Assembly: GCA_963668355.1 (NCBI GenBank) | Contig: OY764265.1 | Span: 224,001 to 288,000, forward strand | Direction of reading: 5' to 3' | DNA from: Bdellovibrionota bacterium | GTDB taxonomy: Bacteria > Bdellovibrionota_G > JALEGL01 > DATDPG01 | DNA: 64,000 nt | Shown: positions 9,077 to 18,237 of the stretch, piece by piece | How positions within the stretch are numbered: position 1 is the stretch's first letter | Layout: each line of letters begins with the position of its first letter | Notes under the pieces: generated by a model | The model's database searches: none | The model's input: the letters and a program-made list of their open reading frames with translations, nothing else | What the model was told of the DNA's origin: nothing | Made by a program: the position numbers and the translations under genes

Positions 9077-10413
9077 TACGAATTCCTCTGAGACGTTAAA
9101 TATTCAATTCTAGCTTCCAAAACATGGAGAGAAAAAACGGTAACTCCTAAGGAGAGTTGGGCGTTTGTCCACCGAAGTTCAGCATCGTTGACCTCTGTCT
9201 GAGAAGCTTTTCCGGTAGCGGCACTTCCTTTGGCAAGTTCATAAGATTGCCTGGCCAATTTTACAGACTCTTCTTGAGCGACGAGTGTTTCTTTCTGAGA
9301 TGAAAATTCGGCCAAGGCCGAATCCAGTTCTTTTTCCATCTCTCGTTCGGCTTGAGAAAGCTCCAACATGGCAATTCTCTGATCTGCCAGTGCCTGTCGA
9401 TATCGGCCGGATTTGGCTCCACCTTCCCAAATTGGAACCCTTAACATTAAACCCGCTGTAAGCGTGGAAAACATATTGCTTTTCCCAATATAAAAATCAT
9501 CCCCGTCACCGCTATAAGAATAGGAAGCAACGCCCTCTAGAGTTGGAAGAAAGCTTCTCTTTTGATTCGTGGCCAAATTTCCATACAACTCCACAGACTC
9601 CCTCAAAGAAAGCAATCCGGGATTTTCTTTCAAAAGGTCCGCCCTCAAGCGCACAGCATTGTATTGCCCAAACGCACCTTTAAACTCTCCCTTTAAAGAA
9701 ATTTCAGTTTCACCCGAGAGACCCAACACAGCCTTCAGGGTATTTAGAGCCAGCTGAAAATCCTTTTGTGCATTTAAGACGATGGGTTTTCGCGCAGCCA
9801 AATCCGAGGCCATTTTGACATGGTCAAAACGAGATACCCTCCCCCCACGATACCTTTTACGCACCGACTGTTGATTTTGACGTGCGTTCTCTTGAGAGGC
9901 CGTGACGATCTCCAAAGCTTGCCTGGCCAAAAGTGCATTGAAAAAAGCAGATTTGGTTTGGAAAATCAGATCGTCTTCGGCCAATTCCTTCGAAAATTGT
10001 TCTACTTGAATCGCGCGATCAGCCGCATTGATTGCATTTCTCACTCGACCAAACGCCCACAAAACCTGGCTGACATTCGCTTGCGCCTCGAAATCGAAGT
10101 CTCGCTTGATCGACAGTTGGGTGGAGGGAGCTCCATTCTGACCCGGCAAAGTTATCTTGGGAGCCATGAAATAATGGTTCCAGGATACGGACCCTTCCAA
10201 TTGAGGCAAAGCTTCGGCACGTATTTCACGATACTTTTGATGGACACGTTCGAGTTTTTCCTCTGAAATTTTGAGCATTTCGTTGTTGGCTTTGGCCATT
10301 TGAATGGCTTCCTCCAATGAGACCTCCAAAGCCGAATTCGATTGTGCGATCGCTACGTTTCCTGAAAAACACACGAAAAATATTAAATAAAGTATTCCAA
10401 ACCGTTTCATCAT
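9076..10413 (-). CDS. TolC-family outer membrane efflux protein
   Basis: Signal peptide, SLEEAIQMA, two ALP/FLP repeats, VPIWEGG. Confidence 0.92.
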   Translation of the reverse strand: MMKRFGILYLIFFVCFSGNVAIAQSNSALEVSLEEAIQMAKANNEMLKISEEKLERVHQKYREIRAEALPQLEGSVSWNHYFMAPKITLPGQNGAPSTQLSIKRDFDFEAQANVSQVLWAFGRVRNAINAADRAIQVEQFSKELAEDDLIFQTKSAFFNALLARQALEIVTASQENARQNQQSVRKRYRGGRVSRFDHVKMASDLAARKPIVLNAQKDFQLALNTLKAVLGLSGETEISLKGEFKGAFGQYNAVRLRADLLKENPGLLSLRESVELYGNLATNQKRSFLPTLEGVASYSYSGDGDDFYIGKSNMFSTLTAGLMLRVPIWEGGAKSGRYRQALADQRIAMLELSQAEREMEKELDSALAEFSSQKETLVAQEESVKLARQSYELAKGSAATGKASQTEVNDAELRWTNAQLSLGVTVFSLHVLEARIEYLTSQRNS

Positions 10414-11039
10414 TCCGTCTCCGTCATTTCACGTAAGATCTTTAACGCGAGTATTCCACCTTCTTCATGCAATTGCCCCGAAGTCTTTCCGACGGTTCTC
10501 TCTTTCGGGAGGAATATTTTTCCAAATAATTTTAAAAATTTTGGAATAGCCACCAACACGATGACCAAATCTTCCGGATGGAGAAAGTCCCAGTTTTTCT
10601 TTAGATTGCAAGACTTAGCAGCATCTACAAAAATTTGGTTCAAAGGTTCAATAAATTCTTCAAAAAAACGTTCCCGGACCTCCACCTTTTTTCGGTGCAG
10701 AACCACGCGATAGTTTACTTCCAAGTATGGGCCTTCATCCTTTTGACAAGCGCGCTCCATCAAAACCTCAAAAATATGTCGCAAGCGATCCTCCGGAGGC
10801 ACCTCTTTCTCGGCCTGCCTCATGAGTTCAATCATTCGACTTAGCTTCCGCTCGATGCACTTCGCCAACAAACCTTCCTTGCTTCCGAAATGGTATGAAA
10901 TCCCAGCTACATTTACGCCGGCCTTCTCTGCAATTTCCCGAACCGAAATGGAATCAAAATCCGCCTCGCCAAACATGATCTCGGCCGCATCAAGGAGCTT
11001 TTTCCGCGCATCCTCATGAATTCGCTCTTTCGCTGTCAT
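10410..11039 (-). CDS. TetR/AcrR-family transcriptional regulator
   Basis: SVREIAEKAGVNVAGISYHFGSKEGL HTH. Confidence 0.93.
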   Translation of the reverse strand: MTAKERIHEDARKKLLDAAEIMFGEADFDSISVREIAEKAGVNVAGISYHFGSKEGLLAKCIERKLSRMIELMRQAEKEVPPEDRLRHIFEVLMERACQKDEGPYLEVNYRVVLHRKKVEVRERFFEEFIEPLNQIFVDAAKSCNLKKNWDFLHPEDLVIVLVAIPKFLKLFGKIFLPKERTVGKTSGQLHEEGGILALKILREMTETE

Positions 11040-11047
11040 CTACCTAG

Positions 11048-11088
11048 TTTCAAACAAACGTTTGATTAAGTCAAACGTTTGTTTGAAA
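11048..11088. promoter_or_regulatory. Double TetR-type operator (18-bp perfect inverted repeat) over the efflux operon promoter
   Basis: TTTCAAACAAACGTTTGA-TTAAG-TCAAACGTTTGTTTGAAA; each arm is itself quasi-palindromic; minus-strand TTGACT -35 in the centre. Confidence 0.8.
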
Positions 11089-11132
11089 AAATGTAATTTC
11101 CTTCATTATTTTAGATAGTTATGCTTCGTTTT

Positions 11133-11936
11133 CTATTTCGAGAGCCGGTAACTTAAGACAAACATGCCCGTAATATTCTTCAAATTCCCCTGTAAAAGAG
11201 ACCCTCGCCGATTTCCAGCGCCGAGCATTTCCGTGTAGCTGATCCCAAAAATGGGGGTAGCCCCCCATAGCAGAGCCGGACAGACAACACGCATTCGAAC
11301 AAAATAATGATTGAGTCCTTTCTCAGCTTCCGGTCCATACATGAATCGATTATGAAACGTGTCACCCAACCCTAATCCACTTTTTAACTCGACAATCATC
11401 CATGGGGGACCTTTTCTTCGAAAAAAAACAAGAGGCTTTGCGGCCAAATCGACCTCGGCATACTGACCATGATGTTCAATCAGTTCCTGAGAAACCGATC
11501 CCGACACCGAAAACACCCTAGAAAATTGGTAAGAAGCTCCGAAGGACGCCTCCATCGCAAAAAGACGAGAACGCTGGATCGGATCCTGATCTCCAAAGGT
11601 CTCAAACAACACATCGTCCCTGAAAAAACCCAATGAAAAACGGACATGGGGATTGGCATGAGGCCGTGGTGTCACTTCAAATCCTTTCCCCCCTCGCAAA
11701 GAAAGGACACCATCCCATAGCCGAATGGAGGGAAATGCCAAGAAGAACGGGTAGTCGTAAATTCGCGCCCCTCTCTCCACAATGGAAGAGACCATGAAAC
11801 CTCCCAAAGAAACGTCCACCCAGGAAGTATCACCACTCGAAGATTCGGAAGTCGGACGAGAATCCGCATGAAGCGAAGAAAAAACGCCTAAGCTCGCAAT
11901 TAGAAAAAGAATAGTGATGCATTGTTTTCGAATCAT
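11133..11936 (-). CDS. Outer-membrane beta-barrel protein, possibly MipA/OmpV-like
   Basis: Signal peptide, alternating amphipathic strands, HNRFMYG segment, C-terminal VLSYRL. Confidence 0.5.
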   Translation of the reverse strand: MIRKQCITILFLIASLGVFSSLHADSRPTSESSSGDTSWVDVSLGGFMVSSIVERGARIYDYPFFLAFPSIRLWDGVLSLRGGKGFEVTPRPHANPHVRFSLGFFRDDVLFETFGDQDPIQRSRLFAMEASFGASYQFSRVFSVSGSVSQELIEHHGQYAEVDLAAKPLVFFRRKGPPWMIVELKSGLGLGDTFHNRFMYGPEAEKGLNHYFVRMRVVCPALLWGATPIFGISYTEMLGAGNRRGSLLQGNLKNITGMFVLSYRLSK

Positions 11937-11974
11937 TTTTCAGAAGTCTCGATCGGCAGCCTAGAGATGCTCAC

Positions 11975-13045
11975 TTACGACAATTTTGGTTCCAACTGCC
12001 CATGGTCAATCATTTGTTGGAAAAAATCCGTCATGGACTCCTCCAAAGATCGGTACGTCATTCCCAAGTCTCGAATGCTCTTTTGAGAGGAGGCTTTCCA
12101 CAAATGATTCACATTTCTGGAAACCATTTTTCGCGTCATCCCCGAATTCACCATCGGAGCCAAAAGCCAAACCAAAAATTTGGGCATGGCTCTTCGTGGA
12201 ATGGGAAAACTTTTCCCATAACGACTCAACAACACCCTGGCCATTTCCACCAAATCCGTATTGTGCCCGGAAATGATGTAGCGGCCCTGGGCTTTTTCAT
12301 CAAAAGCCGCCCGAAAATGAGCCTCCGCAACATCCCTTACATCCACTACGCCAAACCCCCAACAAGGAACACCTTGTTTCATCGTCCCATCACCCAATTG
12401 CCTTACAAACGAAAAACTTTCAGAGGTTCCGAAAGGATTGACCCCCGGTCCGACTACGAGTGAAGGATTCATCACCACCAAACTCCATCGCCCTTGACCT
12501 TCCGAGATCTTCCATGCTTCCCGTTCCGACAGAGTCTTGGAGTAGGAATACGGCTGGTGAGAAATCGAGGAGGTGACATTCCAAATATCCTCCGTAAAGA
12601 CGCCATTTGGAGTATTTCGAAGGTCAATATTATCCCCGTAAATCGCAGCGCAACTGCTCGTCAAGACAACACGTTTAACGGAAGAGGTGCGGTTAACTTC
12701 ATTTAAAACATTTTGCGTCCCCAATAATGCTGGGGCAATCAGATCTTTTTCCGGATCGCGTACATCAATTTTAAAGGGAGACGCCGTATGAAAAACGTAG
12801 GAACATCCTTGCATTGCTTCGAAATAAGATCCTTCTTTCAGCAAGTCGGTTTCAAAGTACCGAAGAGACCCAGGAAGATCTTTTTCCAATTGATCCAACC
12901 ATTTCCGTTTTTCAGGATTCTGGATATCGCGAATGGCCGCATGGACTTGAAAACCTTCTTTCAAAAGCTTTTCCACGATCCGCCCTGCTACATAGCCCGA
13001 GGCTCCAGTCACCAATACAGGACACGTTTTATCTACATTGATCAT
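11975..13045 (-). CDS. NAD-dependent epimerase/dehydratase (aldehyde reductase/DFR-like extended SDR)
   Basis: VLVTGASGYVA, VFHTASPF, VLTSS, YSYSK, VDVRDVA. Start at ATG 13045; the longer ORF overlaps the neighbouring gene. Confidence 0.9.
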   Translation of the reverse strand: MINVDKTCPVLVTGASGYVAGRIVEKLLKEGFQVHAAIRDIQNPEKRKWLDQLEKDLPGSLRYFETDLLKEGSYFEAMQGCSYVFHTASPFKIDVRDPEKDLIAPALLGTQNVLNEVNRTSSVKRVVLTSSCAAIYGDNIDLRNTPNGVFTEDIWNVTSSISHQPYSYSKTLSEREAWKISEGQGRWSLVVMNPSLVVGPGVNPFGTSESFSFVRQLGDGTMKQGVPCWGFGVVDVRDVAEAHFRAAFDEKAQGRYIISGHNTDLVEMARVLLSRYGKSFPIPRRAMPKFLVWLLAPMVNSGMTRKMVSRNVNHLWKASSQKSIRDLGMTYRSLEESMTDFFQQMIDHGQLEPKLS

Positions 13046-13064
13046 CCTTAAGAACTCTAAAACC

Positions 13065-13586
13065 CTACCCGCAACACTTCTTATACTTTTTCCCGCTCCC
13101 ACAGGGACAGGGTTCATTGCGTCCAATTTTTGGCGTTTCACGAACAATGGGAGCAATTTTTGGCCCCTGCGTACAGACCTCACCTTCTTCGTGAATATGA
13201 GAATCTCCGTCTTCAAATTTCCAGCGACCTTCTGAATCTCGTTCAAACCGAGCCACCTCGTGATGCTCCAACAACTTGTTCCGCTGTTTGAAGGAAGCAA
13301 TGAACTCGACAACGCCGACCTGATCCTCCGAAGAGCCTTCCTTTGTGGAAAGGATTTCCAATCCCTTCCAAATGACTCCTTCGGCCCATTCTTTGGACGC
13401 TTCAGCATCAAAATCTTTCTGAGATTTCTTGGTCAACGTATGTTTCAAATAAGCAATATTTCCTTGAACATACGCCGTATACCGAGAACGCATTAATTGC
13501 TCGGCAGTTTGAGCTTCCACCTTTCCCAAAAGAAAGGGTTCACAGCAGGTTTCAAAACTTTGGGTCGATTTACAGGGGCAATCCAT
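13065..13586 (-). CDS. ychJ: YchJ-family protein with SEC-C motifs
   Basis: N-terminal CPCx[17 protein letters not shown]-terminal [19 protein letters not shown]. Confidence 0.9.
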   Translation of the reverse strand: MDCPCKSTQSFETCCEPFLLGKVEAQTAEQLMRSRYTAYVQGNIAYLKHTLTKKSQKDFDAEASKEWAEGVIWKGLEILSTKEGSSEDQVGVVEFIASFKQRNKLLEHHEVARFERDSEGRWKFEDGDSHIHEEGEVCTQGPKIAPIVRETPKIGRNEPCPCGSGKKYKKCCG

Positions 13587-13719
13587 GGGGCGTATTCTTC
13601 CCGAACGAAAAACTTAGTCAATCCTTTGTCCCATCCGGCTGCGGAGCCTGAAAAAGCCTACTTAACAGCCTCCTTTTTTCACAATTGACAGCATTTATTG
13701 CAATGCATTAGGGTGCACC

Positions 13720-13899
13720 GTGTTGATCAAGGGAATCCGGTGAAAATCCGGAGCTGCCCCGCAGCGGTGATTGAGAACGAAACTCGCACTCCAGGCACTG
13801 GCCTTCGGCTGGGAAGCCGCGAGAAGTAGGTTTGAAAGTGCTCAAAAGTCCGAAGACCTATCAACATTATTTAACCTTGGAATCCTCGCGGGAGGGAGC
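13720..13899 (+). promoter_or_regulatory. Cobalamin (B12) riboswitch 1, long form
   Basis: P1 TGTTGAT/ATCAACA; AAGGGAAT-CCGGTGAAAATCCGG-AGCTGCCCCGCAGCGGTGA; GCACTGG..CTGGGAAG; B12 box AAGTCCGAAGACCT; downstream CTCGCGGGAGGGAG (complementary to L5, contains the SD). Confidence 0.93.
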
Positions 13900-13906
13900 A
13901 GGTTTC

Positions 13907-16087
13907 ATGAATTCAAATACGAAAAGTTTAAAAAAAGGGCTTCCAGCCTTTTTCCTCTTTTTATCTTTTTTCGTATTCCTTCCAGCAACGGGAATATCAT
14001 CTCCCAGTCTCGAATTTGCACAATCGTTGACGGAACGAGGCTTTCTATCCAATGAAGTGGTTCAACATGCAACGGAAGAATTTGAAGATGCCTTCTACGG
14101 AAAGCTTTCAAACTCGGACAGAAACGTTCACGTTGAAGGACTATTTGATGATTATTTAGAAGACTATCTTCTCGCAGAAACGTTTCGCCTCATGCTCTTT
14201 TTAGACCTCGCACTTCGCCAGGCCGAAGCAAACTACTTTTTGGAGGAACTTCCCACGCCCCTTTTCTATGGCTTCGGTTTCGCGCGAAGAAGACACCCCA
14301 TCCTGAACGAACTCCTTAACGAATTGGAGGCTTCGGAAAGACAGCGTCGCCAAGAAAACGGTGGAGAAACTTTTCGAGAGGAATATCGGTATTTACTCCA
14401 AGCCGTCCTCTACTTCGACTCCTTCTATCAAACCTTGATCAGAAAGAAAGAAGAGCTTGAGCAAATTAAAAAAAGACTCAAGGGGAAAAATGCAGACCTC
14501 GCCATCATTGAACAAGAGCTGGATCAACTGAAGGAACGAAGAAAGGAGATGGAAGCTCACCTTCCCATTTACTTTAGAAAACCCGTAAAAAAATACCTCG
14601 AAAAAAGACGGAAAAATGGTGACCCAAGTTACGAAAAAAGAGCCGTCCAATTGGCCACATTCCAATCCATTTCCACTCAACTTGGAAAAGAGGCTTGGTC
14701 CATTTCTCAAACGGCTCTAAACGGAGATTTGCAAATCAATCAATCCACCATTGAGGAACTGCTGGAAACCTTTGATCCTCAGGAGGAACCTCCTGAGTTT
14801 GATCCCGACTTTGTTAAGGCCGTCCACAAAGCGGTTGCTCCTTCTACCTGGGGATCCGGTTCGATTTTAGATCGAATTCGTGCAGAGGTCGGACGGCTAG
14901 AGCTTTTTGGTCTGGAACTTGAAACAGGAAAACAGAAACTCCTTCATCTTCCAGCTAGTCATGAATTCATCCTCAAAATGGGGAGTCATTCAACCTTAAT
15001 CGAGGCTCTCGTCGAAACCTTTCCCGAATTATCCGACGCAAGACTTCGTTTTTTGGAAAAATATCATGACAAAACGACGGGAATAAAGGGGTTGGTCACG
15101 ACGATCTTGGGACATGAACCCACCGTATGGGATCTCGCCATTCTTGTACTGCCGACAGCGGTTGGCTGGGCTGGAAGAATTGGTGGCATCGTAAAAAATC
15201 TTCCTTGGCTCGCACGTGTTACGAGCATTCTCCCAAAAATTGCTCGGGTGGGTTACACAGCTCGCACCGCCTATTTTCTTGGATCCATTTGGAAAGCAGA
15301 TCACGATCGTCGTCAGGAGGCCATCAACACCTATTACTCCACCCTGCTCCGACCTTCCGGGCAAACCTATGGCCAAATTCAGGCCTATGAATCAAAACTC
15401 AGGACGTTTCTTTGGTTGGGAGTAGGAACAACCGCTCTTCTATATTCCAGCGGGGCCCTCGCCATGGCCCCCAGAATTGCGTCCCGTTGGGGAATTTCCA
15501 GTTCCGGAGCACGAATCACACTCAATAGCGATCGAATTCGACATTTCGCAACCTCTACAAAGAAAATGGGCGTCGATCTGTTCAAAGTGGTTCTGGGCGT
15601 TTCCATTGCCAACAACATCCTTGACCTCTATCTCGGGCAATATGTCCGAGGATTCACGATCGACGCGACCAATGACATTCGCAACCTTCTCCTTCGAACC
15701 GAGACAACCACTGCTGAACGTTTAGCATCCATTCCATATTATGACTTTTTTGGAGTGGATAAGATTCGCGCAGTTCAAGATTCGATCACCGTTCAAGCCA
15801 ACGCTCTCATCCTCTTGGATATCGAACGAAAGTTGGATCCGACCCTGGAGAAGAGTTCTCAAAAAGCCATCGCGGTTCATCTGGAAAATATTGGCATGGT
15901 TTTCTATCGATTCAGAGAAATTTTAAATGAAGACCGAATGGAAGAACTCTTGATTGCGCGTGGAATCGAATACGAATTTCTCGGCGAGCGTAGCATTCGG
16001 GTGACATGGCGAGAACACGAAGGCAGATTCACAGAAACATCCAAAGACAGTCGCTCCAATGGTCACAACACCAACGGTTTCCATTGA
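13907..16087 (+). CDS. Large hypothetical secreted alpha-helical protein (about 726 aa) under B12 riboswitch 1
   Basis: ATG 13907 after the riboswitch SD; signal-peptide-like N-terminus; coiled coil; several Gly/Ala-rich hydrophobic helices; no family recognised. Confidence 0.8.
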   Translation: MNSNTKSLKKGLPAFFLFLSFFVFLPATGISSPSLEFAQSLTERGFLSNEVVQHATEEFEDAFYGKLSNSDRNVHVEGLFDDYLEDYLLAETFRLMLFLDLALRQAEANYFLEELPTPLFYGFGFARRRHPILNELLNELEASERQRRQENGGETFREEYRYLLQAVLYFDSFYQTLIRKKEELEQIKKRLKGKNADLAIIEQELDQLKERRKEMEAHLPIYFRKPVKKYLEKRRKNGDPSYEKRAVQLATFQSISTQLGKEAWSISQTALNGDLQINQSTIEELLETFDPQEEPPEFDPDFVKAVHKAVAPSTWGSGSILDRIRAEVGRLELFGLELETGKQKLLHLPASHEFILKMGSHSTLIEALVETFPELSDARLRFLEKYHDKTTGIKGLVTTILGHEPTVWDLAILVLPTAVGWAGRIGGIVKNLPWLARVTSILPKIARVGYTARTAYFLGSIWKADHDRRQEAINTYYSTLLRPSGQTYGQIQAYESKLRTFLWLGVGTTALLYSSGALAMAPRIASRWGISSSGARITLNSDRIRHFATSTKKMGVDLFKVVLGVSIANNILDLYLGQYVRGFTIDATNDIRNLLLRTETTTAERLASIPYYDFFGVDKIRAVQDSITVQANALILLDIERKLDPTLEKSSQKAIAVHLENIGMVFYRFREILNEDRMEELLIARGIEYEFLGERSIRVTWREHEGRFTETSKDSRSNGHNTNGFH

Positions 16088-16201
16088 GAACTCTGAGTCG
16101 TGAAACCTCTTTTCTGTCAATAAAATCTTGTTTTTGGAAATTGCGATTTTTCTTTCCTCTTTTTCATTTTCAGCGCAAATTTCGAAGTTGGAGGATATTT
16201 G

Positions 16202-16417
16202 ATGAAAGCGAACAAGCTCTTGTTTCTCTTGTTGGTACTGGGATTGGTGGTTGCGGCCACCACGGTAACTTATAAAACGAATAAGTCTGGCCTTCAGTTG
16301 TCGTCGGTTCAAGCCGAAGACGACACGTCAGATGAGCCCGAAGGGGAAGAACCCTGGCCTTATCCAGATGACGATGGAAGCCAAGACGAGGAACCCACCC
16401 CAGAACCTGAAGAGTAA
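16202..16417 (+). CDS. Small exported/anchored protein with acidic Pro-rich tail
   Basis: SD GGAGG, hydrophobic N-terminus, D/E/P-rich C-terminus, followed by a terminator. Confidence 0.7.
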   Translation: MKANKLLFLLLVLGLVVAATTVTYKTNKSGLQLSSVQAEDDTSDEPEGEEPWPYPDDDGSQDEEPTPEPEE

Positions 16418-16464
16418 ACATCCTTCATAAGACCTGGTTTTTCAAAAAAAACAGGCACATGAAA

Positions 16465-16498
16465 CAAAGCCCCGACATCGTCGGGGCTTTGCTTTTTT
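16465..16498 (+). terminator. Intrinsic terminator between convergent genes
   Basis: CAAAGCCCCGAC-ATC-GTCGGGGCTTTG followed by CTTTTTT. Confidence 0.8.
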
Positions 16499-16517
16499 AG
16501 AAAGAATTTAAGAAACC

Positions 16518-17030
16518 TTACGGAGTCTGGGGACATCGTGGAGTTTCAAAAGCCTTCCGATCCTTATCCCACTTCGACAGAGAAAATCCGATCACCTGAC
16601 CATCCCGGAGAGGTTTCGCTGCATTTCCTGGAACCTTTGAACTCACACCCTCTTTCGACATTTCCCACTTCTTGCCCGTCCATTTAAAGAAGGCCCACAT
16701 TCGACCCTCTCGGCCAAAGCGATTTTCAATGGCCGTAATAAGATCTCCCTTCTGACCATAAGATACTTTGGTAACTGAAAGGCCCTCCCCTCCCGGGAGC
16801 TTCTTAGCATTTTCCAACGCCGTTAACGCGATGGGGTTTCCTTTGGAAAATTTTGCGACGGCAGCGTAGGAGTCATCCTGTCCATGAGAATCCACCACCA
16901 CTCCAATTTGAACACCCGGCTCTTTCAAGGCCTGACCCGAAAAATTTTCTAAAAACTCACAATCACTTCCTGCAAAAACCTGAGAACTCATCAAAAACAT
17001 TCCCAAAAAGAAAGCACCTTTTCTCATCAT
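16518..17030 (-). CDS. Secreted DUF4430/transcobalamin-beta-domain-like protein (putative B12 binder)
   Basis: Signal peptide; GDLITAIE..WAFF..W..SKEGVSS..LRDGQVIGF pattern of the DUF4430/transcobalamin C-terminal domain; downstream of riboswitch 2. Confidence 0.55.
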   Translation of the reverse strand: MMRKGAFFLGMFLMSSQVFAGSDCEFLENFSGQALKEPGVQIGVVVDSHGQDDSYAAVAKFSKGNPIALTALENAKKLPGGEGLSVTKVSYGQKGDLITAIENRFGREGRMWAFFKWTGKKWEMSKEGVSSKVPGNAAKPLRDGQVIGFSLSKWDKDRKAFETPRCPQTP

Positions 17031-18190
17031 TCTTCACTCCCTTCATTCTCTTCGATTCTAAAAGCACTTTTTAAAACAATGGCATCCAGATCAAGGCCCG
17101 CATACATATTGACATTGGTGTTGGCTTCTTCTGCTGAAATAAAGCTCACATCTCGAATTCGAAGAACTCGAGCTTCCTGAAATCCAAGATGGGCCAAATC
17201 CAGTCCGACCTCCGTATTCCCGTCTACACTGACCGTCCAGGAAGGGGTCAATTCCTTTCCCGCCTCTGAAATCACAGAAATGACTGCGTCTCCACTGCTC
17301 GCCTTGGCTAGATAGAGAACCAAATCTTCCGAGTCCTTTTGATCCACAATTTTTCCATCTCGAACCCGAATATCAATCCATCCACCGTGCCCTAAAGAAA
17401 ACGTTTGTTCGGGATAAGCATCAAAAAGGCCTTCTTGGGTATCGGGGTATCGCGCCACTTGCGAAAAAAAATCCAAGGTCGTTTGCCGTTCGAGCGACAA
17501 TCCCGCACCAAACCCAAAGCGAATGAGATCATATTCAAAAGGAGAAGCCAAAGGTTCAAGAGCCTCCCCCTCCCGACCGCCTCCAAGCGGATCCTCTCCG
17601 GAAGCGTCATCCTTTTTCAAAACACCGGGCCGAATGATATTTGGATTTGAGGGCAGTATCCCCAAAGTCCCAAAAGGCTTGGAAGAAAAAGCAGCTACCT
17701 CCCCCACTTCCTTTTCTCTCATGGACTGACCTCTGTTTTTGGAGTCGTAGTATCCTCCGCCAGGAAGTCTTATTCGAGAGGGATTTGGCTTCACCCCTGT
17801 GTGACGTTCCGGTCGAAAAGAAGACTGGCTCGCCTGCGTCGAAACCTTAGGGTCAAAACGACGGTTTTGCTCGAAATCCGCCGTCGTTCCTCTCCCCGAA
17901 ACCGAAGAGAGGGCTTTTTGTCTCACTCTTCCCACCTCAGAAGAAGGCGCATCGGAAAACCTTCGAAAAGAGTGGGCCAACGTGGAGGTATCCTCCGAGC
18001 CTTTCTGAAACTCTCTCTCCACCCGAAGAACATCGGAAAATGGACCTTTTTCTTTCTTGCCAAGATTGGACGGGGCCGAAACCAGGATGGCCACCCCCAT
18101 GACAGCAAAAATGGAAAGGAATACTTTCCAAGCCAAACGCTTCGAGCGTTGGTTCGAACGAGACGCTACATGGATGGACCAGGAATCCAT
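17027..18190 (-). CDS. Membrane-anchored surface protein with disordered linker and C-terminal SLGxGG...DLDA domain
   Basis: N-terminal TM, long low-complexity linker, FSLGHGGWIDI..KIVD..DLVLY..VRIRD-like segment..GLDLDAI; first long ORF after riboswitch 2. Confidence 0.7.
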   Translation of the reverse strand: MDSWSIHVASRSNQRSKRLAWKVFLSIFAVMGVAILVSAPSNLGKKEKGPFSDVLRVEREFQKGSEDTSTLAHSFRRFSDAPSSEVGRVRQKALSSVSGRGTTADFEQNRRFDPKVSTQASQSSFRPERHTGVKPNPSRIRLPGGGYYDSKNRGQSMREKEVGEVAAFSSKPFGTLGILPSNPNIIRPGVLKKDDASGEDPLGGGREGEALEPLASPFEYDLIRFGFGAGLSLERQTTLDFFSQVARYPDTQEGLFDAYPEQTFSLGHGGWIDIRVRDGKIVDQKDSEDLVLYLAKASSGDAVISVISEAGKELTPSWTVSVDGNTEVGLDLAHLGFQEARVLRIRDVSFISAEEANTNVNMYAGLDLDAIVLKSAFRIEENEGSEE

Positions 18191-18237
18191 GAACAACCTC
18201 TGACGGGCCTATAAAAAGAACAACTTGAAAAAAACAT

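Noticed and set aside
13046..13411. N-terminal extension of the SDR ORF (likewise long versions of phr, dmeF, lysR, nrfH and atpF)
   Set aside because: They overlap neighbouring genes or promoter DNA; family motifs begin at downstream starts
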